The notes beneath the pieces were generated by a model. It searched no databases. It saw nothing but the letters and a program-made list of their open reading frames with translations, and had not been told where the DNA came from. A stretch of DNA of 64,000 nucleotides, from positions 1-64,000 of the forward strand of contig MU271373.1 of NCBI GenBank assembly GCA_021432655.1, in the 5' to 3' direction. Positions 1-12,194 of this stretch are shown piece by piece (position 1 is the first letter of the stretch; each line of letters opens with the position of its first letter). The stretch comes from Atractiella rhizophila (taxonomy: Eukaryota). Position numbers and translations under genes: made by a program.

Positions 1-778
1 CTATGGTTGGACTCGGAGAGACATGTGGGGCTGGTGGAAAATTTTCAAATTGAGGAAATGGGGGAAACTGCGGTGGTGGGGTAGCCATTTAAAGACAACA
101 CAAGTTCAGAGCTGTTCGAACACAAGTTGACAGAATGCAGACTTGTTAGGGAACAGCAATAACGACCACAACACTTATATGGCGGCAACAGAAATTTAGT
201 TTCCAAAATTTCGGTGCCACTTTCACATCAGTGCAGCCATCCCTCTTTCCTTCCCATTCAAGTGAGTTCCGTTATCTACGTTAAAACATTCAAGTTCCAA
301 TCTAAACCTTGTTTAGCTGCACGTTTTGATGTCATTGTCTCAAACACCCCCCTTTGATGTCTCACTCGCAACTTTTACAACACTGTACTCAACATGGTAT
401 CATCAAGCTAGTCGAGATTGGCTTACTCCAACTTACTCCTCTTATTCCTCCCTTCTCCTACTGAAGGAAACAGACATCAAGCTACAGTTGGATTACAGCA
501 CAAGCGCTTCCTGTGTAATGGATGAAGCTTGATTGTAGAGCAAGCTGGTACTTACTGGAGTGTGAAGATATCGGAACGTGGTAGCTTCCGGAAAGTGGCC
601 AGAGAGATCCCGAAGGCTCCGTGGCACGCGCTGCAAGCTGGTGAACAATGAGATTGGAATATACAAATGGCTTACACCAAATGTTTCCTGTTTCCAGGCC
701 CGAGACGCCTCCCGTTTCTATGGGAAAAATACATCTTTTCAGTACATTAGAGTCTAACTACCATTACACATCACGTTT

Positions 779-3700
779 TCATGTTTCTTCCGAAACTTTC
801 TTGAGTACAAGCCCATCTTGCAACACAAACGCCTTCCATTCATGTTCCAGGACAATGGTTTGAGTATCGTCGATGAGTAGAAGGGGTCCATCGAGCTCCA
901 TGCCCTCCTTTAAATCGTCTAACAGGAATACAGGTGTATCATTCTTCCTACCTTTTGCGAAATAAACTGAGACCGTCTTCCGACGGCGCTTTGAGAGCTC
1001 ATCTGCCGACAGCGTGTAAAATTTCTTCGAGCGAGAAGAAGCAGACAGCGTAGGAGGCAGTTTGTCAAAGGAGTGGCCGATGCCTCGCACGCGAACATCG
1101 TCCACAACGATTGGTTTGCCTTCCAGAACGAAACCGAATTCTTGCTTGTAGACCTTTTCAAATTCCTTGACAAAATCATCGTCTCGCGGTGCTAAGGTCA
1201 TCAGAGCGGTATCTGTACCTTCGTATCTTCAAACTGTTGTTAGCCATGTTATTTCCCTATGACCGAGAACTCACCGTAAATTCAGATATATTTCCGTCGC
1301 AATTCTCTCCTCCTTGAACCCCTGTCGTCCAAGTTCTCGCTCAACTTGTTTGGACAGGTGATCAATCCGCGACTGTATCCTCGGTTTTGATTCCTCAGAG
1401 TAAATCTCAGAGCTCGGCTCTTGCTTCTCGAAAACTCGATCGGCAAGGGCCATTCCGTAAGCGGATACTGCCCAAGGATCAATGCCGTATCTTGAGGAAG
1501 CGATAAAAGAGGAAATGGCATACAGACTGATGAAAATTTGTGTACCAACACAGTTTTGATCCCCAAGGCGTCAGCAATGGAACAAGCGTGTTGGCCTTTC
1601 AAATCTCATCAGTCCACAGTTTAAACATTATCGATAATTCACATACCACCAGCTCCACCGAATGACGATAGGATATGTTTCGCTGTGGAATAACCCCTTG
1701 CCTCCGTCAATGCACGAATAGGCCGGCACATCGTCTCGTTGGCTGCCAGACTTCGTTGTCATCACTATCTTCAGGTGCCGTGAAGAGCACAACGAACCCA
1801 CAGTGACGAATCTATGGAATCGTTAATCACCTCCCATCTAGAAGAAGATATAAGAACTCACCCCCAAGCAACTTCATCAACACTCATGTTCTTCCCCGTC
1901 TCTGTATTAATATCCTTCCTTAGCTCCTCTAATCCTTTCTTCGAAGCCTCGATGTCGAGCCCTTCGTTTTCCTTATCCCCGAAGATTTTTGGAAAGAATT
2001 CAGCGTCTAATCTACCTAGGACGAGGTTTGCATCGGTAACTGCCTGCAAAAACTTTCATGGAGTGATATATTAAGTAGAAAGGGGACGGACCAACGGTCC
2101 TCCTTTGCGGTAGCACGATGGACCTATTGCAAGCAACATCAAGAACAACAAACTGTATGCGAGCAAGGAGGCGAACCAGGATGACTGCCTGCTGACTCAG
2201 GGCCGGTGGTGAAAAGTCCATTCCTCCAAAACAGCCTCGAACCACCCCCAGCAGCGACGGTGTCTGTCCATGCACTCTTATCAGTCTTTATTTTATGAAG
2301 TCGCGCTGAGATAGGGTTAGTATCAAAAAAGCTTACTGATATCCAGCTGAGGAGATTGCACTGTGACTCCAGCGGTTGTCGTTTCGAAGACGATCTCATA
2401 CCGCCCATCGTAGCGACTGACATCGGTCGATGTTCCCCCCTACCGTCAACGCGGAATAAGCTTTTCACGTTCAAGAGTGTGTTGGTAGTATACCATGTCG
2501 AGACCGATAATTGGCGTCTTCTCTTCCTATTTTCATCGTTCGGGGGCTTCGTCAGCGTAAAGATGTTGCAACGAGAGAAAAGGCACACCTCATCATACCC
2601 TGTCAATGCATATCCAACCACCCCACCAGCTGGTCCACTTTCGTCGCGCCGATGATCTGTCAGTATAAGCCCTTCGAAGCTAAGGAAGCAGCCTACCTAA
2701 GGATACTCTTAAGACCAGAAAACTTATTGACATCTGTCAATCCACCATCGGACATCATGAACTCAACCCTGGTGTTCTTTTCTCCTCCTCCTTCCGCTTT
2801 CCCTTCCTCCACCTCTTCCGTCTGCGTCCTCAAGCCCTCCTCAAATCCACTAAAAAATCCGTCGATATATTCTCTCAGGATGGGAGTTAGATATGCATCT
2901 GCTGTCGCAGAGACACCTCGGGAAACGAGTTTGATCATTCCAGGTGTGCACTGAGAGGAGAGGGAGATATGGGTGAAGCCTATTCGTTCAGCTACTTCTT
3001 GAATGGCCAATTCGTGCTCTGCCTCAAAGAATAAGAACAGATGTAGATGCTGTGGACGACTTACCCGGATATGTGTATGAGTGCAGTAGAACGACGGCTA
3101 ACACTCGCACTCCGTCGTCATATAGTTTCTGCAGGTCTTCTTCTATTTTCTTGACATCTTTGCCCCGCCATAGTGAAATAGTTAGCGCTTTCCTTCCTCA
3201 AAGATCAGATAATATACCTGGTTTTTTCAATACTTGAACCGCCTCCCCACTCAGTCCCCTCGCTACCTCTCCTTCCCCCGGTAAATCGCCTTTATATTCC
3301 CTCGCCACCTTGCCTTGTTCATCGAACTGTACCTCCCTCTCGCTCCGTTGTGGATCAGATGTATACCCAACCAGCGTCACCTTAGGACCCAATCAGTCAG
3401 CTTACTTCTCCGTTTTAACCGAGTACTTTACGCGCTCATCTACTTCTAGAACAGAGGAATATAAAACATCGGGTTTCCGGATCGCGAGGTCGAAGATGCG
3501 AGGACGAGATTGGTTGCCAATGAGCAGAAGGTCGCGGAAACCTTTCGTGATGACGAGAGCGTGTTTTGCACCTTTACGCTCCAGGAGGGCGTTGGTTGCT
3601 ACTGTTGTAGAGAGTCGAATGAAGTCTGCGTTTCAACAACAGCGTTAGAATCGTGGTCGCATAATATTGGTTGGAGGAGACAGATGAGGAAAGCGATTTG

Positions 3701-4478
3701 CCCAGTTGAATGCCCGATATCACACAAAAGCATCCCCTGATCTGAGTAGCTTAACTACGTCTTGAATGTTGCAGTTGGATGGAAATAACAACAGTTTCAC
3801 GGAGACATATGTTACAACAACTCTTTCAGGTTGTTAGTGACGATATGCCCAACTTATATACATAACAAGTTAAGTGTTGGGATTCGTCTTTGTCTTCGAA
3901 CAACTCGAATGTAGGGTGACAACAAATGCGGTAAGCGCAGGCTGTCGCGTCTGATGCATGATCGCTCGATGAAAAGGGAAAGATGCGGAACATTAACCAG
4001 AATGCAGTTATTCTGAAACCAGGACGTTATACAATGCGCTCATAACAGCAGTGTACGGCAAGCTTGACGAAGATGGACATGGGCATTATGTATGGCCTAG
4101 AAAGATAGAACAAGCTACCTCTGCAGTGAAGAGACAAAGCTAATTCACCAACAGGAACACAAGACTTCTGGGCTTATTCTTCCAGATAAAAGAGAATAAC
4201 AAACACCCATCTGCACAGGAGAGCTACAGTAACATACCTATCTCTTCCACCCCGAGTTTTTCCTCCCGATCCCACTTCCTTCCCGTGACCTTCTCAAGTA
4301 CTCGCCTCACCCCTTCCCTAGGTGCATCTTTGTAGTTTTTGGGATCCTGGCTCAAAAGCTTCAAGATGATCTCGTTCCTCCTCCCGGAGTCGGGATCGGG
4401 CCACGACGCGTAAACGTCCGTAAACGTCCCACCACGGTCGACCGATATGCGGAGAGATTTGGGAGGAATGGAGGGCAT
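779..4478 (-). CDS. OXP1: 5-oxoprolinase-like protein, hydantoinase A (ATP-binding, N-terminal) half only; multi-exon
   Basis: Spliced translation gives [65 protein letters not shown] and FGGAGGQHAC, then ends [12 protein letters not shown]...KKVSEET* at 779. First intron is 4237-3626 (612 nt). Confidence 0.9.
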
Positions 4479-4783
4479 GTTAGCCTGAGGCAGCCAGTAT
4501 CAGAACTTGGATCGAAAAGGTAAAGTGATCGAATGCATGATGAAATGTGCGGATACACCTTATACGATGCCGCTGATTGGTGCCTCCACTTGCAATTGAA
4601 GAACTGAACTGAGGAAGGGAACAGTACAGGATAATTTCCCCAACCAAAAGTAAGCTACAAAACAATGTAATTACAGGCAGATTGAAGCGAGCGAAGAAAA
4701 AAGAAGGATTGCAAAGAGTGGATTTCAAGTCGAAGGGAAATATATATGACGTTGTTTGATATTGTTGAAGAAATTCTGAGCGT

Positions 4784-7677
4784 CTAAAAAACGAGTTCGG
4801 GTTGGGGGCACGCGACTGCTGGGAGCTTAGACGGCACCGTTCGACCTGTTGCTCGATACCAATGCTGGGCGACTTTAAGAGCGAGCTTTTTGAGCGTCGA
4901 AGTGTTGCCATTAGGGCTGTTCATTGCCATGTCACCAGCCGAAGCATTTGTAGAAAGAGAGAAGGACACGTACTAGTAGAGCGAATAACCATCATCCTTG
5001 GTTCATCATCCCGTCAGTTTCGGCTGAATTATTATGGGCAAGAAGAGAACTTACGTGTTGGACATAGTTACAGCACTGCAGAGCATTTCTCAGCTTTTAT
5101 ATGGAGTAAAGAGAGGGAGCGACATACCTGAGCGTCGTGCCCGAAAACGCTCCAGATCATATCACCGGCATAAGTGGTTGACTCTATCTGTGTGATAAAA
5201 TCATCGAGGGTCTGTCCACCATGAGTCTCCTGCATCCTCAATCCATCAACATTACGACCTGGAAAGGTTGGAGCAAGGTGCATACGGTCCAGTCATATTC
5301 ACCTTGAAAGGCTCAGATGTCAGGTAGACAACAGCAAGAGGTGGACGCACCGATGAGAAGGGCCTTGCTATAATTCTGCACCAGGGTATAATCCTGAGCA
5401 AGCAACCCTTGATTGAGAGGATACAAATGGTCGGACCTGTTAGTAGAGCATTTATCAGCATATCCAGCGAGTCAGAGGGCAAACAGCTCACGCAATGTCG
5501 ATACTCGCGACCTGTAATCCAGGAGCAGATACTCTGCACACTCGATGAGTTTCATCCCTCACACTTCAGCTCCAACTCGCTCACTTTGTCGTATAGTTCC
5601 AGACTGCCCACTCATGCGTCAGTACACCGGGTCACAGAAAAAAACAAAAAATAGTCACTTCCGTCAGTCCCATCGATGGTAAGCTGTAAGGGCGCTAGCT
5701 GTTTAATATACCCAGCTATCTCTTCCGTCCAAGCTTCCGGAGGATACCCTTCCCTGCCGATGTAGGCTCTGCCAGACACGTCGTTATTTGTTCAGAACTG
5801 ATCACGGTTGATGGAAAGACATTAAATGAGAGGTGACGTACCCCCATTCGTTCCCTGTCTCCCATGCCATGATTGTCGGATCCTGATTATAAGCAAGCCC
5901 AGTGTAAACGTTGACATGAGAGATAAAGTGTTGGATGTAGGCTTTGTAGGCTGCGATTGCCTGCGCCATTCATCAGCCACTTGAAAGTCAAGAGAAGAAC
6001 AGAAAATGATGAAAAGCGATCTGATACTTACCGTGCTATTGGTGAAAAAGGCGTTTCCGTAATTGTCGGTTGAGATACCGAGCCATCTGAGGAAGGTGTA
6101 CTTTCCACCATGATAGTAGTCGTAGTTCTACCATCCATGATTTAGTCTAATTTGCGAACCATGATGGCGGAGGTTACGCACATCGTTCAGCGGAATAATA
6201 ACTCTCAACCCATACTTTCCGGCTGCAGCGATAGCATAGTCGACAGACTCGAACTGTAAATCATCATCATAGACTGAGAATGAAAGAGCAACGTGGAGGA
6301 AAGACAAACGTACGGCAGCATCATTAAACACTCCCAAAGACGGTTCGATTGACAATGCATTCCCAAAGCTAACACCCAGAGTATGCGAGCGGATCGTGTT
6401 GGCACCCATAGCGACAGCTATGGCCATCGCTTCCCGTACCCTCTAAGCACACAACACAGGATCAACACACTGAATGATAAAACGAGAAGGTCAAGAAAGG
6501 CTACCCCTTTATCAGGATAACTGGGGTTTGGATCCACATTTTCATCCAGTCCCAACCAATAAATATTTGGGCCGAAGATACGATAGTTCTGCCCATCGAG
6601 CTGGAGACCGCTGGTGCCAGATCGAACAACAAAGGAGCTGGGGGTAGGAAGGGTACCTATTGACACGCGAAGTCAGTCCACATCATAACAAGGAATGAAC
6701 AGAAAGAACATACCAGTACCGGTAACCGTCGTGGTAGCGACTGAGTAGGAAGTGAAGCAGGTAGATTCCCTGCCGACCGACTTCAATCACTTGGGAACAG
6801 GAACTTGAAAGAACCTCACACTTCGACATTGGTTGTGGTGGTCGAAGTCGTTGTGATCGAGGTGCTTTTGGCTGTATGTTTCCATCAACTCATGGGATAC
6901 CATTAGCAGCAGCTGCGAGAACGAACTAGTAGTTGTAGCTTTTGTCGTCGAAGTTGTTTTGGCTAGTTTCCATGAGCTTGTCTGGATCATGAGCGACGGC
7001 TGAGACAACGAACCAGTGGTTGTGGTTTTCTTGGTAGAAGTCGTTTTGGCTGGAGATTCACATCAGCTTCGTAGACGCCTTTTGGAAAACGAACCAGTGC
7101 TTGAGGCTTTCTTCGTGGAAGTTGTTTTAGCTTTTTAAAATGATCAGCTCACAATAGATAAACAAGCAAAAAATAAACCCGTGGAAGTCGTTTCGGTGGC
7201 AGTGGACTTCTTGGATGAAGTAGACGAGGTCTTCTTGGTTGATGTAGTTTTCTTGGACGAGGTGGAAGTGGTCTTTTTTGTAGAGGTCGTTTTCTTGGTG
7301 GACGTGGATTTCTTGGTCGAGCTCGACTTCTTGGTTGACGAGGTTTTCTTCGTCGTCGTCGCTCTCTTCAATAGCCCGCCCTCCTCTTCCTCCTCACCGT
7401 CTTCTAAATCTCCTCCAAGCGCCTCCTCAAACTCTTCGTCGTCCATCTGGTCTAAACGATAAGGCAGAGGGGGAGGAGTAATCATGGGCTCTTCCGCCTC
7501 AGGATTTGCAAGTTCCCACTGCCTCTTCTCCTCCTCCAACCGCTGGTACCTCTCCACAAGCCTATCGTGCCTCCTTCTCAACCTCTCATGTTCTGCAAGG
7601 TCGCGATGCTCGAAACCACGGGCTCGGATGGGTAAGAGGGCAGAAAAAAGAAAAAAGCTGTAAAGGAGGGATAACAT
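4784..7677 (-). CDS. Secreted glycoside hydrolase family 5 (mannanase-like) with acidic segment and Thr/Lys/Ser-rich linker; multi-exon
   Basis: Signal-peptide-like MLSLLYSFFLFSALLPIRA. Catalytic-domain motifs GPNIYWLGLDEN, GANTIRSHTLG, YGLRVIIPLNDNYDYYHGG, IMAWETGNE (acid/base Glu) and WSVFGHD. Ends PAVACPQPELVF*. Confidence 0.85.
6927..7130 (-). repeat. Three tandem intron+36-nt exon units encoding AKTTST-type 12-aa repeats
   Basis: Exons 7130-7095, 7049-7014 and 6962-6927 are each 36 nt, AG-preceded and followed by GTTCGT. They encode AKTTSTKKASST, AKTTSTKKTTTT and AKTTSTTKATTT. Confidence 0.8.
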
Positions 7678-8431
7678 GTTCCAATTTCCCAATCTGTGTG
7701 CCAACAAAAGAATGGATGGAAAGCGGGCAGACCAGTGTAAAGAATGTGTTGTTATGAAGCAGCGGCCTTTTCTTTGCTTAAAAGAACTTCTGCGCTGCTG
7801 CTTCTCTCGCGGCGCAGCGAAGGAGATGGTGGAACGTTGGGAATATAAAGAGACTGATAATAATATTCCCGCAACAAGCTGAGCGATTCGAATATTCTCA
7901 AAACGGGACCTTCCATTCAGACGTCAAGCTGCGCATCCTTCCCACTTCAAAAGCGCATGCGTTAGCCTTCATGGCTCCACCGGGCATGTCTATCCACTAT
8001 CCACTATCCACAAAGGTGTTCGCTGTTGCATGAGCTGCGAAGCATGAGGCACATAGTTAATAGATGAGAAAAGAAAATTAATGAGCGAGACTTCCCTTGG
8101 CGGCCGGAAGTGCGAGATAAGCCTTTCAAATCCAGACATGCGGAGCACGAGCAGCTTACGCTTACGGCGCATACTTTCTCCAACTTGAAGCTGGTCCAAG
8201 GCTAGTCAACTTTCTTTCATAGCGGAGCCAATGGTGTATAAGTCCCGCTTCTATGGTCGAGGTGGTATATAACGAACTATCATACACGATGCAAGTCGAC
8301 GGACAGAGAGTCGCGCTACCGCTCCCACTTTTCCCTTTCGTCTTCATCCTCCACATCCACATCGTCCAACGGGTCTCTATAGCTATCTTGCGTCCCAGAG
8401 CTCTCGTTGGTCTCAGCTGTATCGACGAAAC

Positions 8432-10014
8432 TTAAATCGTCGATCCGTGGCGGACTCCTCCCCCTCCCATTGGCGTTCCGATTCTTATAGAACTCTTTCG
8501 CCTTCTCAAACCGCCATTTCTCCGTCTCTCGCGCCTACACAACCCCAGAAATCCCCTTCATCAGCACAATAGTCGTAGAGGTGGTGAATAGCAGACGAAC
8601 CTGCTCCACAGAAACGACAGTCTCTCGTTCAATACGGACATTCTCCCCATCCCTTGACCCCACTGCAGCCTCCACATCGATGTGCTCATTCTTTCCCGCT
8701 GATTTCCTCCCCAACGAACCCAGCTTCAAACTTCCAATTTGCCTCTCGATGAACTTTTCTCTTAACTTGCTTCGAAACAGCAAATTGAAGACGAAGGTGA
8801 TCGAATCTAAACCCAACATCCAATGCCCTCAATTCTGTCCAACCACCGGCAAATACGGAAATTTGAGAGGAGAAACGCACGTAATCGGCCCAAACACTGT
8901 CCGATCGCAGAAGCAGCGTTGCTGTTTGGATTGTGTAGGAAGAGTCCGAAGGCGGCGAGGGAGGCGAAGGATGTGACACTGCCCGTCTCGACTGCGTACA
9001 GCATGAGGCGGACAAGAAGCGAACGAGTCTCCTCGAACACCGTGTGCGTCCGTCGTCGGAAGAGGTAGAAGACTAGTGCGGCGGCTATCGAGATGTCTGT
9101 CCTCACAACTTTGTCAGTTCCGTAGTCTCTAGACGGAAGGAATGAGGGTGGGGAGGCAACGGACCTGTCATCGCTTTGGCGCAGAACCAGATTCTGTCAT
9201 CATTCCCCAGTCAGTCCCAGATCCTTTCGAGTTCGAGAGGAACAGATAGACTAACATGACGCTCGTCTTCACTTTCTCTCGATCCGTGTACTTCGTCCAA
9301 ACTATTATGCCAACCATGACTGCGAGGTTGCCGCCGAAACCAAGGAGGGTGCAGAGGGCTAAGAATAGGGAGACAATGCGATGGCGGGATAGGAGGAAAT
9401 ATCGATGTGTTAGGTACCTGTACGTGTGTTGTTGGATACAGGCAAGCAAGAGGAAAGATGGAGCATGACTGACGATTGGACGATGAGACCAACGACGGCG
9501 GTGGAGCTATTCGTTCGGAGATGGGTGAGCGGAAGTCATGGCGAATGGGAAGGAAGAGGTACGCAAGGTAGGCGGGTATCTCCCAATGTTGGGTTGCAAG
9601 ATAGGCCTGTGAGATTGTGGTTCGTCAGGTTGGACATCGTGCGTGAGTAGAGGGAGGACGAACGGTCTTGCCCCAGTGAGAAATCGTATACTTCACCCAT
9701 GTCACTCTGTCAGCATCGGTTCATGACACCAGAACTGAGCAAAGAAGCTCACATCGTACACACCTACATAGAAGTCTCCGTCAAGAAGAGAATCGGGGTG
9801 GGAGAGGATAGAAGACGGACCAATCATATTAACGGCTGTGCAGAAGCTTTCACGTCTTCGTCAATCACTTCTTCCTCACCAGAGAAGGCAGAAGCGTACG
9901 TATCCACCACACCAACCTAGCAGGCACGCAGTCAGCCTAGCAAGAGTCGAATGAAAGCAGAGTACGAACAATGGCGACTGCACTGTGCAGAAGGGGGGCG
10001 GGGAGGGATCCCAT
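8432..10014 (-). CDS. Multi-pass membrane protein, DUF6534-like basidiomycete family; multi-exon
   Basis: Hydrophobic helices and the segment TDISIAAALVFYLFRRR...LLVRLMLYAVETGSVTS, typical of this family (recognised from memory). TATAAA on the minus strand near 10264-10269. Both termini inferred. Confidence 0.6.
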
Positions 10015-12194
10015 GTCCGCCCAATAGTTGTAGATGAGGATCATTTCGCTCGCCCACAGTGCAGTGTTCACCCATGTACCTATCACTGTGAGTTCAGGCA
10101 AGATGAAGGGACTGCATCAGCCAAAGACGAGTACGGAGAAGCTGAAGGAAAATAATATTCGAGGAGGACGAACTGAGGGACCCCACTGTCTGCTCGACGA
10201 GCTGCATCTCTTGGTGGCTCATCCTTCCTTTCTCCTTCCGTTTCCTTCTCTAACACTTTTGACTTTATAACGATGCACAGAGGTCTAGGAATGTCACTGA
10301 TGATGGCAAAGGCACTGACTGAAAAGGGGACTGGACTACAAAAAGAGGGTAACTGTTATTGACCAGATGGAAGTTGGTCGTTGATGAAACGAAAAACTTC
10401 CCCGAGCATGCGACGTTTGAAGGAGGCTCTAAAGGCAATTACAATATATAAACTGGACCAAACTCAGATCCGTAGCCTTCTCAAGATCTGCCATGTATCC
10501 CTGTTTCGTCCCCATTTCCACTGCCATTGTGTAATGTCGAACACGGACACTGATAGAGCCCTTGATTGGTGTTCCTGGGATGAGGAACCACTGCATAATC
10601 CCAAGAAGACGGAGCAAAAGTTGGGGGCGGGAGCAGAGGACAAAGCGTAAACGAGATAACGTTTGCTCTAACAGTCGCCTGCTTCCGCCCGCCACCAACA
10701 CGTGACTAACTTTCTAATTTCCGTCCTTAGGGCGTTGAGTTTTCTGCACGATAGTGGGTCATTGGATTGAAACGCCTGGAAGGGCGGTTGAGGATTTCAA
10801 TTTTTTTCAAGTGAAGGGAAGCAGGCACGTCCTTCTCTCTTCTACGGTTCATTATCCCGTCCCTTCCCTGGTCTTCTGTTTTGGAGTTTCCTCCATGCAT
10901 GATTGCCAGACAAGATCCCTTTGTCCCATCAGTCCATCAAAAGTGACGCTGCAGTGGCGAAGTTAGAGCTTTGGAGCTTCTCACTTCTGATGGACCATAA
11001 TTGCAATTGCCAAGCAGTTTCTCTTATCGAAGAGCCCTGGGTGGGTACGGTTGGGTACGGTAATATTTGAGCATGAGAAGCCTCCTTCATGGATTTCAGA
11101 AGTGTTGATCGGGAAGAGATTTACGAAATGCTCGGCTGGAATCCTCCAAAGCTGACAGGACCGAAGTATGAGGGTTATCATGTGTTGCTTGGACAGAGCC
11201 TCACCGCCGTTGTAGTGTGGCAAAATTGTGCATCATCCTTTCTCTTGATTTAGGCATTAGGCCGTTACATATACTTAGCGACCATAAAAATGGCTGGTCG
11301 AACCTTCCATGCCCAGCATCAGCATCTGAAAACCAGGTTGATGAATTTAGATGAATTCGCAGAGGAGGAGAAGCCGAGGTGAGACCAGAAAACGAGAAGA
11401 GAAGAGAAGATTTACGATCTCAGACGGCACTCCGTACCGCACATTATTGTTGAGTTCTCCCGGTTCTTCTCCCTCTATCGATTTCATCCCAGATGACGAT
11501 ACGTACGAGAATGCCAGTTTCTACGTTTTTTGACGTTTGTACGATGTGGGGCCAGAGTGCGAGAATGGAGAGAAGGGGTAGTGTCCTTTGATTGCAGATG
11601 TACCACAGATACATCGAACTGAAGCACCGATATAACTTGGAAGATAGGTATATGTGTCCTGCTCTACTTGAATCTTGAATCAAAAGAAATCAGAATCATG
11701 TACTGCAGCGGTGAATTCAATCCGAAGCTCCGTCCCGTAACCTGTACACAAGGAGCAAACTGAACCAGAATGAATCTGAACGAGAACAAGACAATATCGA
11801 TGAGATGGTAAAAAAGTTGCAAAATGGTTATCATTATAAGGAGTGTGGGTAGGCTTCGAAGGAGCCAATCAAGAAGAACGAGTCGAAGATAAAGAAAAAA
11901 CATTGATTTGAATCAGAATGTGTACTGGAAACGGTACGAGAGTCGAATGAAAGTGACAAAAAAATGGGGAATTGAACAAGATGGACACTGTAACGATTGA
12001 TACTACAAAGCACACACATTTCTTCTTTGCTCTGCTTCAGTCTCGTCTTCTAGTCTAGTCTTCCGAGTCTTCCGATACTTGTCTATGGCTTCCACGCCTC
12101 CTCTTCGTTCTACACGACATGCATCGTGCGTCCGGAGCGGAGTGAGTCGTCCGATGGAGTGAGATGAGAGATGATGTTCTCAATCTCGATCCTA

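Noticed and set aside
7181..7462. Plus-strand Val/Phe/Asp repeat ORF
   Set aside because: It is the antisense shadow of the KKTTST linker of the GH5 gene.
10300..12100. Scattered short ORFs and intron-like signals between the DUF6534-like and UbiA genes
   Set aside because: No coherent spliced frame or recognisable motif; may be a decayed gene but cannot be supported.
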